From an uncultured Gammaproteobacteria bacterium (GTDB lineage: Bacteria > Patescibacteriota > Patescibacteriia > UBA9934 > CAMTUG01): a DNA stretch of 64,000 nucleotides. Below, piece by piece: positions 8,788 through 18,156 of this stretch. A program made the translations under genes and the position numbers. Below the pieces are notes generated by a model. That model worked only from the letters and a program-made list of their open reading frames with translations, ran no database searches and was not told the DNA's origin. Within the stretch, counting starts at the first letter, position 1. The number at the start of each line of letters is the position of its first letter. The DNA lies in the NCBI GenBank assembly GCA_964588955.1, contig CAZPQJ010000002.1:58078-122077 (forward strand). Reading direction: 5' to 3'.

Positions 8788-9972
8788 ATGGCAAAAAGTT
8801 TCTGCTTAGAATGCTCACCAACGCACCAGTTAAACCACGCGAGCGCGCGTTTTTCCAGCATGGTTGCGGACTATTTGGAACGCGCAAGCGATGCCATTAT
8901 TCCCAAACGCCTGAGCCGCTTGGCCGAACGAATCGTGATCGGATCTCTCCTCAAGGGAATGATCGCGAGTGGGATCATGCGACCAAAACCGATCAACGCG
9001 CAGACCCACATTCATCAGCGATCCAAAGTGGTGGCCGAAGAAGCGGCACGGCGAGGTTGGACGATGCACGTGCTGCAGCTTGGTCAAATGCCGACCAACT
9101 TTTTTACCTTAGCGCATCCAGGCGGAAAGATGCTTTTCGAAGGGCTGCCTGGTGTTGATCCCATCAACAGTCAGTCGATGGTTGACGACAAGGAGTGGAC
9201 GCGCGCGCTCATGGATCGCCTCCACGTGCCCACGCCCCAAGGAAACAGTTTTACCAAAACGGAAGAGGCGGTTGCCTACGGCATGTCGATCGGGTTTCCT
9301 TTGGTCGTGAAGCCGCGTTTTGGGTCGCTGTCCGCTCACACCACCGTCAGCATCCAATCCGAAAAGGAACTGCGGCGGGCAATTGCCGTGGCTCAGGAAA
9401 TTTGTTTGCCGTTTATTGTGGAACGCTATGTGCCAGGTGCGCTGTATCGTGCCACCATGGTTGGCAACAACGTCATCGCCATCGGCCGGCGCGACCCGCC
9501 ATCTATTGTCGGTGACGGTATCTCCACGGTTGCCGAACTGGTTGCCAAACGAGAACAAGAGCAGCAAACATTGATGATTTCACTCGGTTATAAGCCGGAA
9601 GAAATCCCTTCACTCCCCACCCACCACATGAAAGCCAAGCCCACTGACGTTCTGCCGGCGGGTGAACGCATGGCCGTCACCTGGAAAATTAACTTGTCCT
9701 ATGGGGCAACGGTAGAAGATGTCACAGATACAGCGCATCCAGACAACATCGCCCTGTTTGAAACCATCGCCCGGGAAACACAGCGTGCCGTACTTGGCAT
9801 CGACTTTCTCGCTCCGTCTATCGCCACGAGCTATCGGGAACAAACCTGCGCAGTGATCGAATTGAACTCCCTCCCCTCCATCGACTTACACCATCCACCC
9901 ATCGTCATCGGCACCCCCCGCAACGTTGCCGGTGCTTTACTCGACTTTGTTACAAAGACTGTTTCTACGTGA
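8788..9972 (+). CDS. ATP-grasp domain enzyme (RimK/cyanophycin-synthetase-like carboxylate-amine ligase). The real start may be the internal Met near 8857.
   Basis: GFPLVVKPRFGSLSAHTTV…ERYVPGALYRATMVGNNVIAIGRR…IELNSLPS is an ATP-grasp fold signature. Confidence 0.6.
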   Translation: MAKSFCLECSPTHQLNHASARFSSMVADYLERASDAIIPKRLSRLAERIVIGSLLKGMIASGIMRPKPINAQTHIHQRSKVVAEEAARRGWTMHVLQLGQMPTNFFTLAHPGGKMLFEGLPGVDPINSQSMVDDKEWTRALMDRLHVPTPQGNSFTKTEEAVAYGMSIGFPLVVKPRFGSLSAHTTVSIQSEKELRRAIAVAQEICLPFIVERYVPGALYRATMVGNNVIAIGRRDPPSIVGDGISTVAELVAKREQEQQTLMISLGYKPEEIPSLPTHHMKAKPTDVLPAGERMAVTWKINLSYGATVEDVTDTAHPDNIALFETIARETQRAVLGIDFLAPSIATSYREQTCAVIELNSLPSIDLHHPPIVIGTPRNVAGALLDFVTKTVST

Positions 9973-10245
9973 AGATACAGATAGGACCTTTTAAGAGATG
10001 CGGCGGGATGCAGTGGGTGGTAGGTCTTTGGAAGTGCTGTTTTATGACCCACCGTAAACCCTACGTCTTTTCAACGTATAGCCAACGTACTAACGACGTA
10101 GACTTTACACATCTACGCAAAACTGACTATTTCAATACCCTACTCTGAAAGCAAGATGCGACGTTTAAAACACACCACCCAAACCTACCCCTTCCCTCCT
10201 TCTACCAGGTTCCCCAACGCAATAGCAATCTAGCTTCCCGCTAGA

Positions 10246-10259
10246 CTTTTTGCTATACT
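10246..10259 (+). promoter_or_regulatory. Extended -10 promoter element (tttgctatact) ahead of galU.
   Basis: TGnTATAcT match ~35 nt upstream of the galU ATG. No Shine-Dalgarno sequence. Confidence 0.3.
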
Positions 10260-10293
10260 GAGCCCATTAGAAGCCTGTGAAAAAGAAACGCGT

Positions 10294-11157
10294 ATGAAGA
10301 TTCGCAAGGTTGTGATCCCGGTCGCCGGCTACGGAACCCGCTTTTTACCCGCCACTAAAGCGATGCCAAAAGAGATGATGCCGATTCTCGACAAGCCCGT
10401 CATTCAATTCGTTGTTGAAGAGGCTGTGGCAGCCGGCATTACCGATATTATTTTAGTAACTGGTGCTTCCAAACGCTCAGTGGAAGATCATTTTGACTAC
10501 AACTACGAATTACAAAATTGGCTCAAAAAACAAGGCAAGGAAGAGTTGCGCGAACGCATGAAACGTATCGCCGACATGGCCAATTTCACCTATATTCGCC
10601 AAAAAGGCCCCTATGGCAACGGTACGCCGGTGCTCAACTGTGAACATGTAATAGGCGACGAACCGTTTGCTGTGGTTTTTGGCGACGAATTCTTTACGAG
10701 CAAAGTCCCGCGCTTAAAACAGCTCACTGACGTTTGGGACAAGTATCACGATCCGGTATTAACAGGCATCCCTACAGACAAAGCCGGCTTGTCCCGCTTC
10801 GGGATCGTCAAAACCGAGGCAAAAGTAGAGAACGATTTATATCAAGCAAGCGGGGTGGTGGAAAAACCAGGACCCGACGCCGCACCATCAAACATCGCCG
10901 CGGTGAGCGGATACATTTTGCCACCGGAAATCTTTGCCGCGCTCAAAAAAACCAAACGTGGAAAGGGAGGAGAAATTTGGCTCGTCGATGCTATCTCCAA
11001 GATCGCCAAAACGCGTCCGCTGTACTGCAAAATCGTTGAAGGTATCTATCGCGACACAGGAACCAAAGAGGCTTGGCTGAAAACGAACATCGCCCTTGCT
11101 CTCGAGGACAAAACGCTCGGACCGGAGATCAAGAAATACATTAAATCGCTGATGTAG
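10294..11157 (+). CDS. galU: UTP--glucose-1-phosphate uridylyltransferase.
   Basis: KVVIPVAGYGTRFLPATKAMPKEMMPILDKP…VFGDEFF is the GalU signature. Confidence 0.9.
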   Translation: MKIRKVVIPVAGYGTRFLPATKAMPKEMMPILDKPVIQFVVEEAVAAGITDIILVTGASKRSVEDHFDYNYELQNWLKKQGKEELRERMKRIADMANFTYIRQKGPYGNGTPVLNCEHVIGDEPFAVVFGDEFFTSKVPRLKQLTDVWDKYHDPVLTGIPTDKAGLSRFGIVKTEAKVENDLYQASGVVEKPGPDAAPSNIAAVSGYILPPEIFAALKKTKRGKGGEIWLVDAISKIAKTRPLYCKIVEGIYRDTGTKEAWLKTNIALALEDKTLGPEIKKYIKSLM

Positions 11158-11159
11158 AT

Positions 11160-12533
11160 ATGAAAAAGTTCTTTGCTCTTTCGTTGCTGGCGCTCCTACT
11201 CACCGGGCTCGGCTGTTCCAACAACTCCCAACAAGCCGCCGCACCTGTTTCGCTTACCATTTGGGGAGTCTTCGACAACGCCAGCAATTATTCGGCAGTG
11301 ATCGACGACTATCGCGTCCAACACCCAAACGTTTCCGTGAGCTTTCGCGAATTTCGCTACGAAGAGTACCAAGACGCGCTCATCCGTGCCTTTGCCGAAG
11401 GGAACGGACCAGACATCTTTTTGGTCCACAACGATTGGATGCGCCAGTACAAAAGTTTAATGACCCCGCTTCCGGCAAGCGTGACCATTGGCTATCAAGA
11501 AGTGAAGGGAACGATCAAAAAACAGATCGTCAACGTTCTGCGCACGGAAAATACCTTATCTATGCGTTCCTTTCGCGATAAGTTCGTTGACGCCGTAGAA
11601 GACGACGCTATTCTCCCCTACCAACCAGACAGCAAACAAGCCGCCGTAGATAAAATCTACGCCTTACCTCTCGCTCTCGACACCCTGGGGCTCTATTGGA
11701 ACAAGGATTTACTCAACGCTGCCGGCATCGCCGCCGCACCAACCACCTGGACAGAGTTTCAAACCGACGTCGCCAAACTCACCAAAATCGATGCCACCGG
11801 AACAATCACCCAATCCGGCGCGGCACTTGGTACTTCCGGCAACGTAGAACGTGGCGCGGATTTACTCGCTCTTTTAATGTTGCAAAACGGCACCACCATG
11901 ACCGACACAAACGGTAACGCGGTATTCGACAAAACCTCTGGCACGCAATCCGCCGGCGATTTGCCCGGCCTCGACGCCGCACGGTTCTACACCGACTTTG
12001 CCAACCCTACCAAAGCGGTTTACACCTGGAATGCGGAGCAACCAAACTCCTTTGATGCCTTCACGAGCGGAACCGCGGCAATGTTCTTTGGCTATGCCTA
12101 CCACATGCCACTCATCAAAACTGCCGCACCCAAACTCAACTTCGCTGTTTCCGGCGTGCCACAAATTGAAGGTGGGCGCGAGGTCAACTTTGGCAACGAG
12201 TGGATGGCCGCCGTTTCCAAAGACACAGACGAGGTGAATTACGCATGGGACTTCATCCAGTTTCTCACCACCAACCCAGATGAAAACGCCAAGTACTTAG
12301 AAGCAGCCGGCAAACCGCCAGCACTGCGCTCGCTCATTGCCAGCCAGCTGGAAGATGAAGAGCTGGCTCCCTTTGCCGAGCAAGTCTTAACCGCGCAAAC
12401 GTGGTACCGCGGCAAAGACATTGCCGCCGCCGAAGAAGCCCTCTACGGGCTTGTCGACGCTATTCTCTCCGGCACCATCGAACCTACCAACGCCATAAAA
12501 ACAGCGGCCAACAAAATCAACCAAACGTTATGA
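11160..12533 (+). CDS. ABC transporter extracellular solute-binding lipoprotein (family 1, sugar/oligosaccharide type).
   Basis: Lipobox LLTGLGCS. Length and composition fit SBP family 1. Confidence 0.75.
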   Translation: MKKFFALSLLALLLTGLGCSNNSQQAAAPVSLTIWGVFDNASNYSAVIDDYRVQHPNVSVSFREFRYEEYQDALIRAFAEGNGPDIFLVHNDWMRQYKSLMTPLPASVTIGYQEVKGTIKKQIVNVLRTENTLSMRSFRDKFVDAVEDDAILPYQPDSKQAAVDKIYALPLALDTLGLYWNKDLLNAAGIAAAPTTWTEFQTDVAKLTKIDATGTITQSGAALGTSGNVERGADLLALLMLQNGTTMTDTNGNAVFDKTSGTQSAGDLPGLDAARFYTDFANPTKAVYTWNAEQPNSFDAFTSGTAAMFFGYAYHMPLIKTAAPKLNFAVSGVPQIEGGREVNFGNEWMAAVSKDTDEVNYAWDFIQFLTTNPDENAKYLEAAGKPPALRSLIASQLEDEELAPFAEQVLTAQTWYRGKDIAAAEEALYGLVDAILSGTIEPTNAIKTAANKINQTL

Positions 12534-13318
12534 GATTCTTTCGATTAACACTGTTGTTGCTTGTTGTCGGTGGTGCCTTGCTAACAACGCAATTTGTTTA
12601 CGCCAGTGACTGTACGGATACCTGTGGCACGGATTACCAAGACTGTATCGAAGCAAATCCTTATACAGACAGCGGCTCCACGCAGTATGGCGATTACGAT
12701 TTAGCTTGCTTCAACACCTCCATCGCCTGCCAAGATGAGTGTTTAGCTGCTTTGGAAACATCCTCTTCAACAAACACGACAACAACTACCGCAACCTCCG
12801 ACACCGTTTCCTACACAACCGCTGACCAAACAACCTATTTCAGAGAGCTGCAAGCCAACGGCATCACCTTTGCCTACGTGAGCCCTGACTGTAAAGACCA
12901 CGGCGAGTGCACGCTTGAAGACATCATGCAGGTGTTCACCAACATTGCCAATTTTATTTTGGGGATTGTGGGGTCACTCACCTTGATCATTTTCGTCTAC
13001 GGCGGTTTTCTCTGGCTCGTCTCCCAAGGCAGCTCCGAAAAGATTGAACAAGGCAAAACGGCCATGACAGGATCGGTCATTGGCTTAGTGATTGTCTTCG
13101 TAGCCTTTTCCGCGATCAACTTACTTACTGGCGCCTTACGCGGCGGCTCGGCCGACCAAACCAACAAGTGCGAACTTGTTTCCCCTGCCGAGGGAGGGAT
13201 GGCTGGCACGGGGTACGCCTGTATCAACACGGAAGGGCTCGACACGACAACCGACTACACCTGCGAAGACAATCTCTGCCCAGGCGGAGAAACGATCAAG
13301 TGCTGCATCAAAAATTAA
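12530..13318 (+). CDS. TrbC/VirB2-like (T4SS-pilin-like) protein with Cys-rich N- and C-terminal extensions. First member of the tandem array.
   Basis: Signal peptide, then a conserved block ILGIVGSLTLIIFVYGGFLWLVSQGSSEKIEQGKTAMTGSVIGLVIVFVAFSA homologous to the five downstream paralogs. ATGA overlap with the upstream SBP gene. Confidence 0.65.
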   Translation: MRFFRLTLLLLVVGGALLTTQFVYASDCTDTCGTDYQDCIEANPYTDSGSTQYGDYDLACFNTSIACQDECLAALETSSSTNTTTTTATSDTVSYTTADQTTYFRELQANGITFAYVSPDCKDHGECTLEDIMQVFTNIANFILGIVGSLTLIIFVYGGFLWLVSQGSSEKIEQGKTAMTGSVIGLVIVFVAFSAINLLTGALRGGSADQTNKCELVSPAEGGMAGTGYACINTEGLDTTTDYTCEDNLCPGGETIKCCIKN

Positions 13319-13323
13319 TCTCT

Positions 13324-13665
13324 ATGAAAAAAATTGCCTTCGGTATTTTAAGCTCAGCACTGTTGCTGCCACTCGCCGCGTTGGCGCAAGATGACTCTTA
13401 CGTCGCGCTCACCAATCCGCTTGCCAGCGACGATATTCGCGTCATTATCGGTTACATCATTAAGGCCGCGCTTGGCTTTTCTGGCACGCTTGCACTCGTC
13501 ATGGTGATCTGGGGAGGATTTCTGTGGTTGACTTCTCAAGGGAATGCTGAGAAAATTGAGAAAGGCAAAGCAATCCTCCTGTGGGCAACGATTGGACTCA
13601 TCGTTATTTTCTTCGCCTACACCATTGTGAGCGCCGTCATTACGACTCTCACATCCGCCGCTTAA
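13324..13665 (+). CDS. TrbC/VirB2-like pilin paralog 2.
   Basis: Signal peptide plus ALGFSGTLALVMVIWGGFLWLTSQGNAEKIEKGKA… The two-helix C-terminal domain is conserved across the array. Confidence 0.7.
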   Translation: MKKIAFGILSSALLLPLAALAQDDSYVALTNPLASDDIRVIIGYIIKAALGFSGTLALVMVIWGGFLWLTSQGNAEKIEKGKAILLWATIGLIVIFFAYTIVSAVITTLTSAA

Positions 13666-13698
13666 ACAATCGAAACGTAAATCATTTTTAACTCCTGT

Positions 13699-14133
13699 AT
13701 GACGACATCACGTCTCAAACAATTGGCCGTCGCCGCCGCGCTTACGACCATGACCCTCGGGTTCGGATCAATCAGTGCCTTAACCGCCCATGCTGCCGAC
13801 GATAGCGGCGGATCAGACTCCACCACCTATTCCCCCATTACCGCCAATGATTTGTTGAACAGTAACTTTGGCAACGCCACCGGTCTCGGTTCCGGCGATT
13901 TGAACGACACCATTGGAGCCATTATCCGCGCCGCCCTTGGATTCTTGGGTGTCATCGCCGTGGTGATTATCTTGTTCGGAGGCTTCAAGTGGATGACGGC
14001 TGGAGGTAACGAAGAGAAGACCGGCGAAGCGCGCAAATTGATCATCGCCGGTATCATTGGTTTGGCGATTATCTTGTCCGCCTACGCCATCGCCACCTTC
14101 GTGATCACCCGCTTGGTTTCAGCGACAACCTAA
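13699..14133 (+). CDS. TrbC/VirB2-like pilin paralog 3.
   Basis: ALGFLGVIAVVIILFGGFKWMTAGGNEEKTGEARKL…. Confidence 0.7.
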   Translation: MTTSRLKQLAVAAALTTMTLGFGSISALTAHAADDSGGSDSTTYSPITANDLLNSNFGNATGLGSGDLNDTIGAIIRAALGFLGVIAVVIILFGGFKWMTAGGNEEKTGEARKLIIAGIIGLAIILSAYAIATFVITRLVSATT

Positions 14134-14204
14134 ACGATTCCCTTCCCCGAAGGTTTCTTCGGGGATGACGCGAGCGGAGTTTCCCTAAAATCCCTTCGCG
14201 CCAT

Positions 14205-14534
14205 ATGACCAACTTTCCTTCTAAGCTTCTCGCCCAAGGTATTAGTGTTGACGATACAGGTCTTGGCACCACCGCCAACGCCGCAAGCTACGGATCAGCC
14301 GGCAGCGTACCTGAACTGGTCGGAAGATTAATCGAAACCGCATTAGGATTTGTGGGTTTGGTGATGTTCCTGATTGTTCTCTACGCCGGTTATTTGTGGA
14401 TGACCGCTCAAGGAAACGAGGAACAGATCGTTAAAGCCAAAGGTATGATCGTCAACGCAGTGATTGGATTCATCATTATCACAGCTGCGTATGCCGTTAC
14501 CTTCTACGTGGTGGACACGATTTCCAAGTTATGA
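14205..14534 (+). CDS. TrbC/VirB2-like pilin paralog 4.
   Basis: ALGFVGLVMFLIVLYAGYLWMTAQGNEEQIVKAKGM… The gene ends in an ATGA overlap with paralog 5. Confidence 0.7.
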   Translation: MTNFPSKLLAQGISVDDTGLGTTANAASYGSAGSVPELVGRLIETALGFVGLVMFLIVLYAGYLWMTAQGNEEQIVKAKGMIVNAVIGFIIITAAYAVTFYVVDTISKL

Positions 14535-14944
14535 AAAAAACGTTCACTATCTTTTTGGCCGGATTTCTGCTTCTCGCGCCTATTACCACCTTTGCGGCTC
14601 CAGCTTATGGTAATGCCTTAAACTCCGCCGGCAACAGTGCGGGGCTGGCTGGCACAGATGGCGCTCCCACAACCCCTGTTTTAGATCTCGTGGGGAAGAT
14701 TCTCAACACAGCTCTTGGTCTACTCGGTGTCGTCCTTTTTGCCTTAACTGTTTACGCTGGATTCCTTTGGATGACCGCCCAGGGCAACGAAGAACAGGTG
14801 GTCAAAGCCAAAGGCATGTTGCGTAATGCCATTGTTGGCCTTATCATTGTTCTCGCGGCGTACTCCATTGCCAGCTTTGTTACCACACAAGTAAGCAAAT
14901 CTGCCGGACTCACAACCACCGTGCCGACAACCACCGCCCCCTAA
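14531..14944 (+). CDS. TrbC/VirB2-like pilin paralog 5.
   Basis: ALGLLGVVLFALTVYAGFLWMTAQGNEEQVVKAKGM… ~39 nt are near-identical to paralog 6. Confidence 0.7.
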   Translation: MKKTFTIFLAGFLLLAPITTFAAPAYGNALNSAGNSAGLAGTDGAPTTPVLDLVGKILNTALGLLGVVLFALTVYAGFLWMTAQGNEEQVVKAKGMLRNAIVGLIIVLAAYSIASFVTTQVSKSAGLTTTVPTTTAP

Positions 14945-14974
14945 TCTTACATTCAATAAAGAAACGTAATCACT

Positions 14975-15337
14975 ATGATGAAATATCTCATCGTCCCCGT
15001 CCTTCTGCTCATGCCGTACGCTGCCGGAGCCGCCACGCTCGATTTGAATAACGCCCTTACCAACGTTGGTGGTAACGCCTACGGAACCTCTACCCCAACC
15101 GATCTGCTCACGATCATCGGAACGATCATCAACGTCGCCCTCGGATTCCTCGGTGTTATTTTCTTGCTTCTCACCATTTACGCCGGATTCCTTTGGATGA
15201 CTGCCCAGGGCAACGAAGAACAAACTGCCAAAGCTAAAGGCATTTTGACCACCGCCATTGTTGGTTTGGTCATCACCCTCGCCGCCTACTCCATCGCCGC
15301 GTTTGTGGTGAACCAAGTGACCACCGCCACGCGCTAG
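14975..15337 (+). CDS. TrbC/VirB2-like pilin paralog 6.
   Basis: ALGFLGVIFLLLTIYAGFLWMTAQGNEEQTAKAKGI…. Confidence 0.7.
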   Translation: MMKYLIVPVLLLMPYAAGAATLDLNNALTNVGGNAYGTSTPTDLLTIIGTIINVALGFLGVIFLLLTIYAGFLWMTAQGNEEQTAKAKGILTTAIVGLVITLAAYSIAAFVVNQVTTATR

Positions 15338-15477
15338 TATACGTGGATCTTTGAAAAACTGATGGATTTTCGTTGAATGGGCTGTTGAGCTCGCGAGACG
15401 TATGGAAAGATACGTCGAGCGAGTCAACGGGTGCCCATGAGACGAAAAGACGCAGTTTTACAGAGATCCAAAAAGCA

Positions 15478-15517
15478 GAAGACCCCCGGACGCCGTACGC
15501 GTCTGGGGGTTTTCTTG
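15478..15517. terminator. Bidirectional hairpin terminator (acccccggacgccgtacgcgtctgggggtt).
   Basis: GC stem flanked by T and A runs. It lies between the pilin array and the convergent GC-rich gene. Confidence 0.45.
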
Positions 15518-15553
15518 AGTGAGCGTGGATGAGTGATCCGCGCTCTGGGGTCG

Positions 15554-16534
15554 TCAACGGAAGTCGCTGTCCATCAGCCAGGCTTCCACCCGGCCGTTGT
15601 AGGCGTTGTATCCGTAGACGTGGCTGCCCACGAACCGCCAAGTGCTCGCGCCGTCCATGCGGACGAACTTGAGCACCGTGAAGCTTCCGATCGCCTCAGG
15701 GACGACGAACTTGGCGTCACGAGTGCCGATGAGCGCGGAGACGTGGGCGCGGCCACCCGTGTCCGGGTGACGGATCCACACCCCCTTGAACTTGCCGCGG
15801 ATGCGGGCGTTCGTCGGGAGTCGATCTAGTCCAGCCGACACCTGGATGATCTCCGGCTGGAGATCATCCCCTGCGCCCGGTGAGGAGCACATGGGGAGGG
15901 ACTCTCCACCCACCATCACCGCGTAGGCGGTGAAAGGGGCTGCCGCCATCTCCTCCCGCCTCGCGCTCGGTGCGCCGTTGTGCGGCGACGGCTGGTCGTT
16001 GTGCAGGACGGCAATCAAGCTATCCCGCATCACGAACATGCCGTCGTAGCTCCCAACCTCGGCGTTGCCACCCTGCGCGAACTGCCCGCACGGATCGAAA
16101 TCCGTCTGGAACGTGGGCAACTCCTTCTTCGCCGTCGGCTGGGTGTCCGGCTCCGGGGCGGGGCGGTTGACCACCACCTTGGACTGAACCACCGGCGGGG
16201 ACGCAATGGCCACCGACCGGGGATCCGGCGGCGGGGGCAACCGCTCTGCCTGTGCCACCACGCTGGGCGGCACGGGCGACCAGCCGACCTCCTCCACCAC
16301 CGGCTCCGGCGGAGGTTGCTCAGCAACCGCGGCGACCGGTTCCGAAGGCGTCCCCTGCCCAAGGCACTTGATCCGCCGCTCTTCCGCGGCCTGACAGGCC
16401 GCGGGGTCGGTCGACCCGGGCTCTTCTTCACAGATCGACAGAGCCGATCCGATTGCGAGCCAGTCGCACTCCGTCTCAGTCGAGACGGGAGTGGACGCGA
16501 AGGCGAGGGACACCAGCGTGATGAACAGAAACAT
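15554..16534 (-). CDS. Secreted Pro-rich protein with an unknown C-terminal domain (GC-rich island gene 1). Start taken at MFLFITLVSLAFA.
   Basis: Signal peptide, a PPPEP linker and a globular C-terminal domain. Local GC ~65%. Third-position GC bias in this frame. Confidence 0.5.
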   Translation of the reverse strand: MFLFITLVSLAFASTPVSTETECDWLAIGSALSICEEEPGSTDPAACQAAEERRIKCLGQGTPSEPVAAVAEQPPPEPVVEEVGWSPVPPSVVAQAERLPPPPDPRSVAIASPPVVQSKVVVNRPAPEPDTQPTAKKELPTFQTDFDPCGQFAQGGNAEVGSYDGMFVMRDSLIAVLHNDQPSPHNGAPSARREEMAAAPFTAYAVMVGGESLPMCSSPGAGDDLQPEIIQVSAGLDRLPTNARIRGKFKGVWIRHPDTGGRAHVSALIGTRDAKFVVPEAIGSFTVLKFVRMDGASTWRFVGSHVYGYNAYNGRVEAWLMDSDFR

Positions 16535-16774
16535 CGAAGACTCCGGTGGCGCAATGCGCCGGTGAAATGAACTCTTTTGCCGCTTTTCTAGCCTTTCCAG
16601 GCCTTTAGCGGACCAATAAAAATAGCACATTTTGGCGATTTTGTCAATGGTATTGGATGGGAGAGAAAGCAGGAGAAAACAGGATAAAGTTGGATAAAAT
16701 GGGAGAAGAATGCCATGAAGTTTTCTTTTTCTCCTATTTTCTCCAACTTTTTCTCTTCTCTCCCGAAACCGGTT

Positions 16775-16810
16775 GACAAAAAGCCATTTTTCTGCTATAT
16801 TTCTCAGTTC
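16775..16810 (+). promoter_or_regulatory. Sigma70-like promoter: TTGACA, a 17-nt spacer (aaaagccatttttctgc), then TATATT.
   Basis: Consensus -35 and near-consensus -10 read directly. Located upstream of the 16955 gene. Confidence 0.4.
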
Positions 16811-16954
16811 CTCATCTTGCGCAATCCTGCGTCAGGTGAGGCCACATTGCTGTTTCACAACTGAAAAAGCTTGCCTCAAACGCAAGCCACTCTCGTGGAA
16901 CAAAAAAGAAACCAAACTCAAACACCGCGCGCAAGCGCGGATGGAGATGCCGAC

Positions 16955-18112
16955 ATGGCAATCCTCAACTTCGCCAAAAAAACGGCGATCAAGACCATTC
17001 AACAGAAGATCATCAACGGGGTGATCGTTCTCGTGGCTGGGAGTGGTGTGGCCGTGAGCCGTACCGAGCTCGGTACGAGAGTCCTCGTGGTAATGGCCGA
17101 ATTCCTGCGCGATAATCCGCTGGTTCTCGCGATCCTGCGGGAAGTGGTGGAGAGCGAGGGTCCGCAGGCCATCGACGTGATGGTCGATGAACTGCTGAGT
17201 CAGCGCAACATCACGGGAGAAGCCCGCGATGCCTTCATCGACGCTGCCGACGACATCGGCGAAGCACTAGGGAAGCGGGGCGCAGACGCCCTCGCCCCCG
17301 AGAATCTCGACGCCTACATCCTGGCCGCGCGGGCACGTCTGGCAGCGGACACCCGCCGCCGGACAGCCATCGTCGCCCAATCCACCCTCATCCAGCCGGC
17401 GGCCATCGCCGGCATCACGGGAGCTCCCATGCCCACTGGACTAGCCGGCGAAGCGCATGCGCTCGCCGTGTTCTCGACCACGCTCAGCGACAGCGGTCGC
17501 CGCCTGCTCGAGGCGTGGTTCACACCGATCGACACCGCCATCACCACGGACACCCGCGGAGAAGTCCCCGGTGCCCGAGTGAAGCTCCGTCGCATGTACC
17601 TCGCGGTGCAAGCCGACGAGGCAGGCATGCGGACGGAGTTCGAAAACGCAGTCCGCTTGTGGGGCCTCACCACGCAGGCGATCAACTACCTGCACGCGCA
17701 AGCCAAGCTGCGGGTACCCGAAGACCGGGCGGGAGACATCGCCGCAGATGCCACCGACGCCGCCCTGCCGACCAACACGATCATCACGATCGCCGAGGTG
17801 GGTGGAGCGGTGCTGAGCGGTGGGTTCCTGCTCTGGGTGTGTGGCTGGACGATCATCATGATCGGCCTGTTCGGCACCGGCGGAATCCTGTTCGTGATCG
17901 GGGTCGTTCGCTTCATCCAGAAGCAGACGGTCTACACCCCGGTTCTCCTCGTCGCCGGCGTGGCGATGATCCTCGCGGGACTCGTTCCCATGGGGTTCGT
18001 CGGAGCTGCCCTGGAGACGGTGGAGGAGCCGTTCGTGCTGGCGAAGAACGCCATCATCGCCCGCATCAAGCAGATCCAGACCCGTGTCGCTCCCCCGAGC
18101 GGCACTCCCTGA
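16955..18112 (+). CDS. Membrane protein with a large soluble N-terminal domain and C-terminal TM helices (GC-rich island gene 2).
   Basis: Start MAILNFAKK. C-terminal helices GGFLLWVCGWTIIMIGLFGTGGILFVIGVV and VLLVAGVAMILAGLV. Confidence 0.5.
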   Translation: MAILNFAKKTAIKTIQQKIINGVIVLVAGSGVAVSRTELGTRVLVVMAEFLRDNPLVLAILREVVESEGPQAIDVMVDELLSQRNITGEARDAFIDAADDIGEALGKRGADALAPENLDAYILAARARLAADTRRRTAIVAQSTLIQPAAIAGITGAPMPTGLAGEAHALAVFSTTLSDSGRRLLEAWFTPIDTAITTDTRGEVPGARVKLRRMYLAVQADEAGMRTEFENAVRLWGLTTQAINYLHAQAKLRVPEDRAGDIAADATDAALPTNTIITIAEVGGAVLSGGFLLWVCGWTIIMIGLFGTGGILFVIGVVRFIQKQTVYTPVLLVAGVAMILAGLVPMGFVGAALETVEEPFVLAKNAIIARIKQIQTRVAPPSGTP

Positions 18113-18156
18113 AAAACCTACGGGGGGTTGCGCAAGCGACCCCCAAGGAGAATTCG

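Noticed and set aside
10030-10075. Possible SRP (4.5S) RNA because of GUGCUGUUU-like sequence.
   Set aside because: The GGAAGGAAGCAGC-type conserved domain IV motif and a closing helix are absent. Similarity is too short.
14744-15427. 227-aa minus-strand ORF spanning pilin paralogs 5 and 6.
   Set aside because: It is antisense to two well-supported pilin genes and its product is low-complexity Gly/Asp-rich. Judged an antisense artefact.
16704-16865. 53-aa Phe/Ser-rich ORF in the CT-rich divergent promoter region.
   Set aside because: Composition is dictated by the CT-rich repeat. More likely regulatory DNA than coding.
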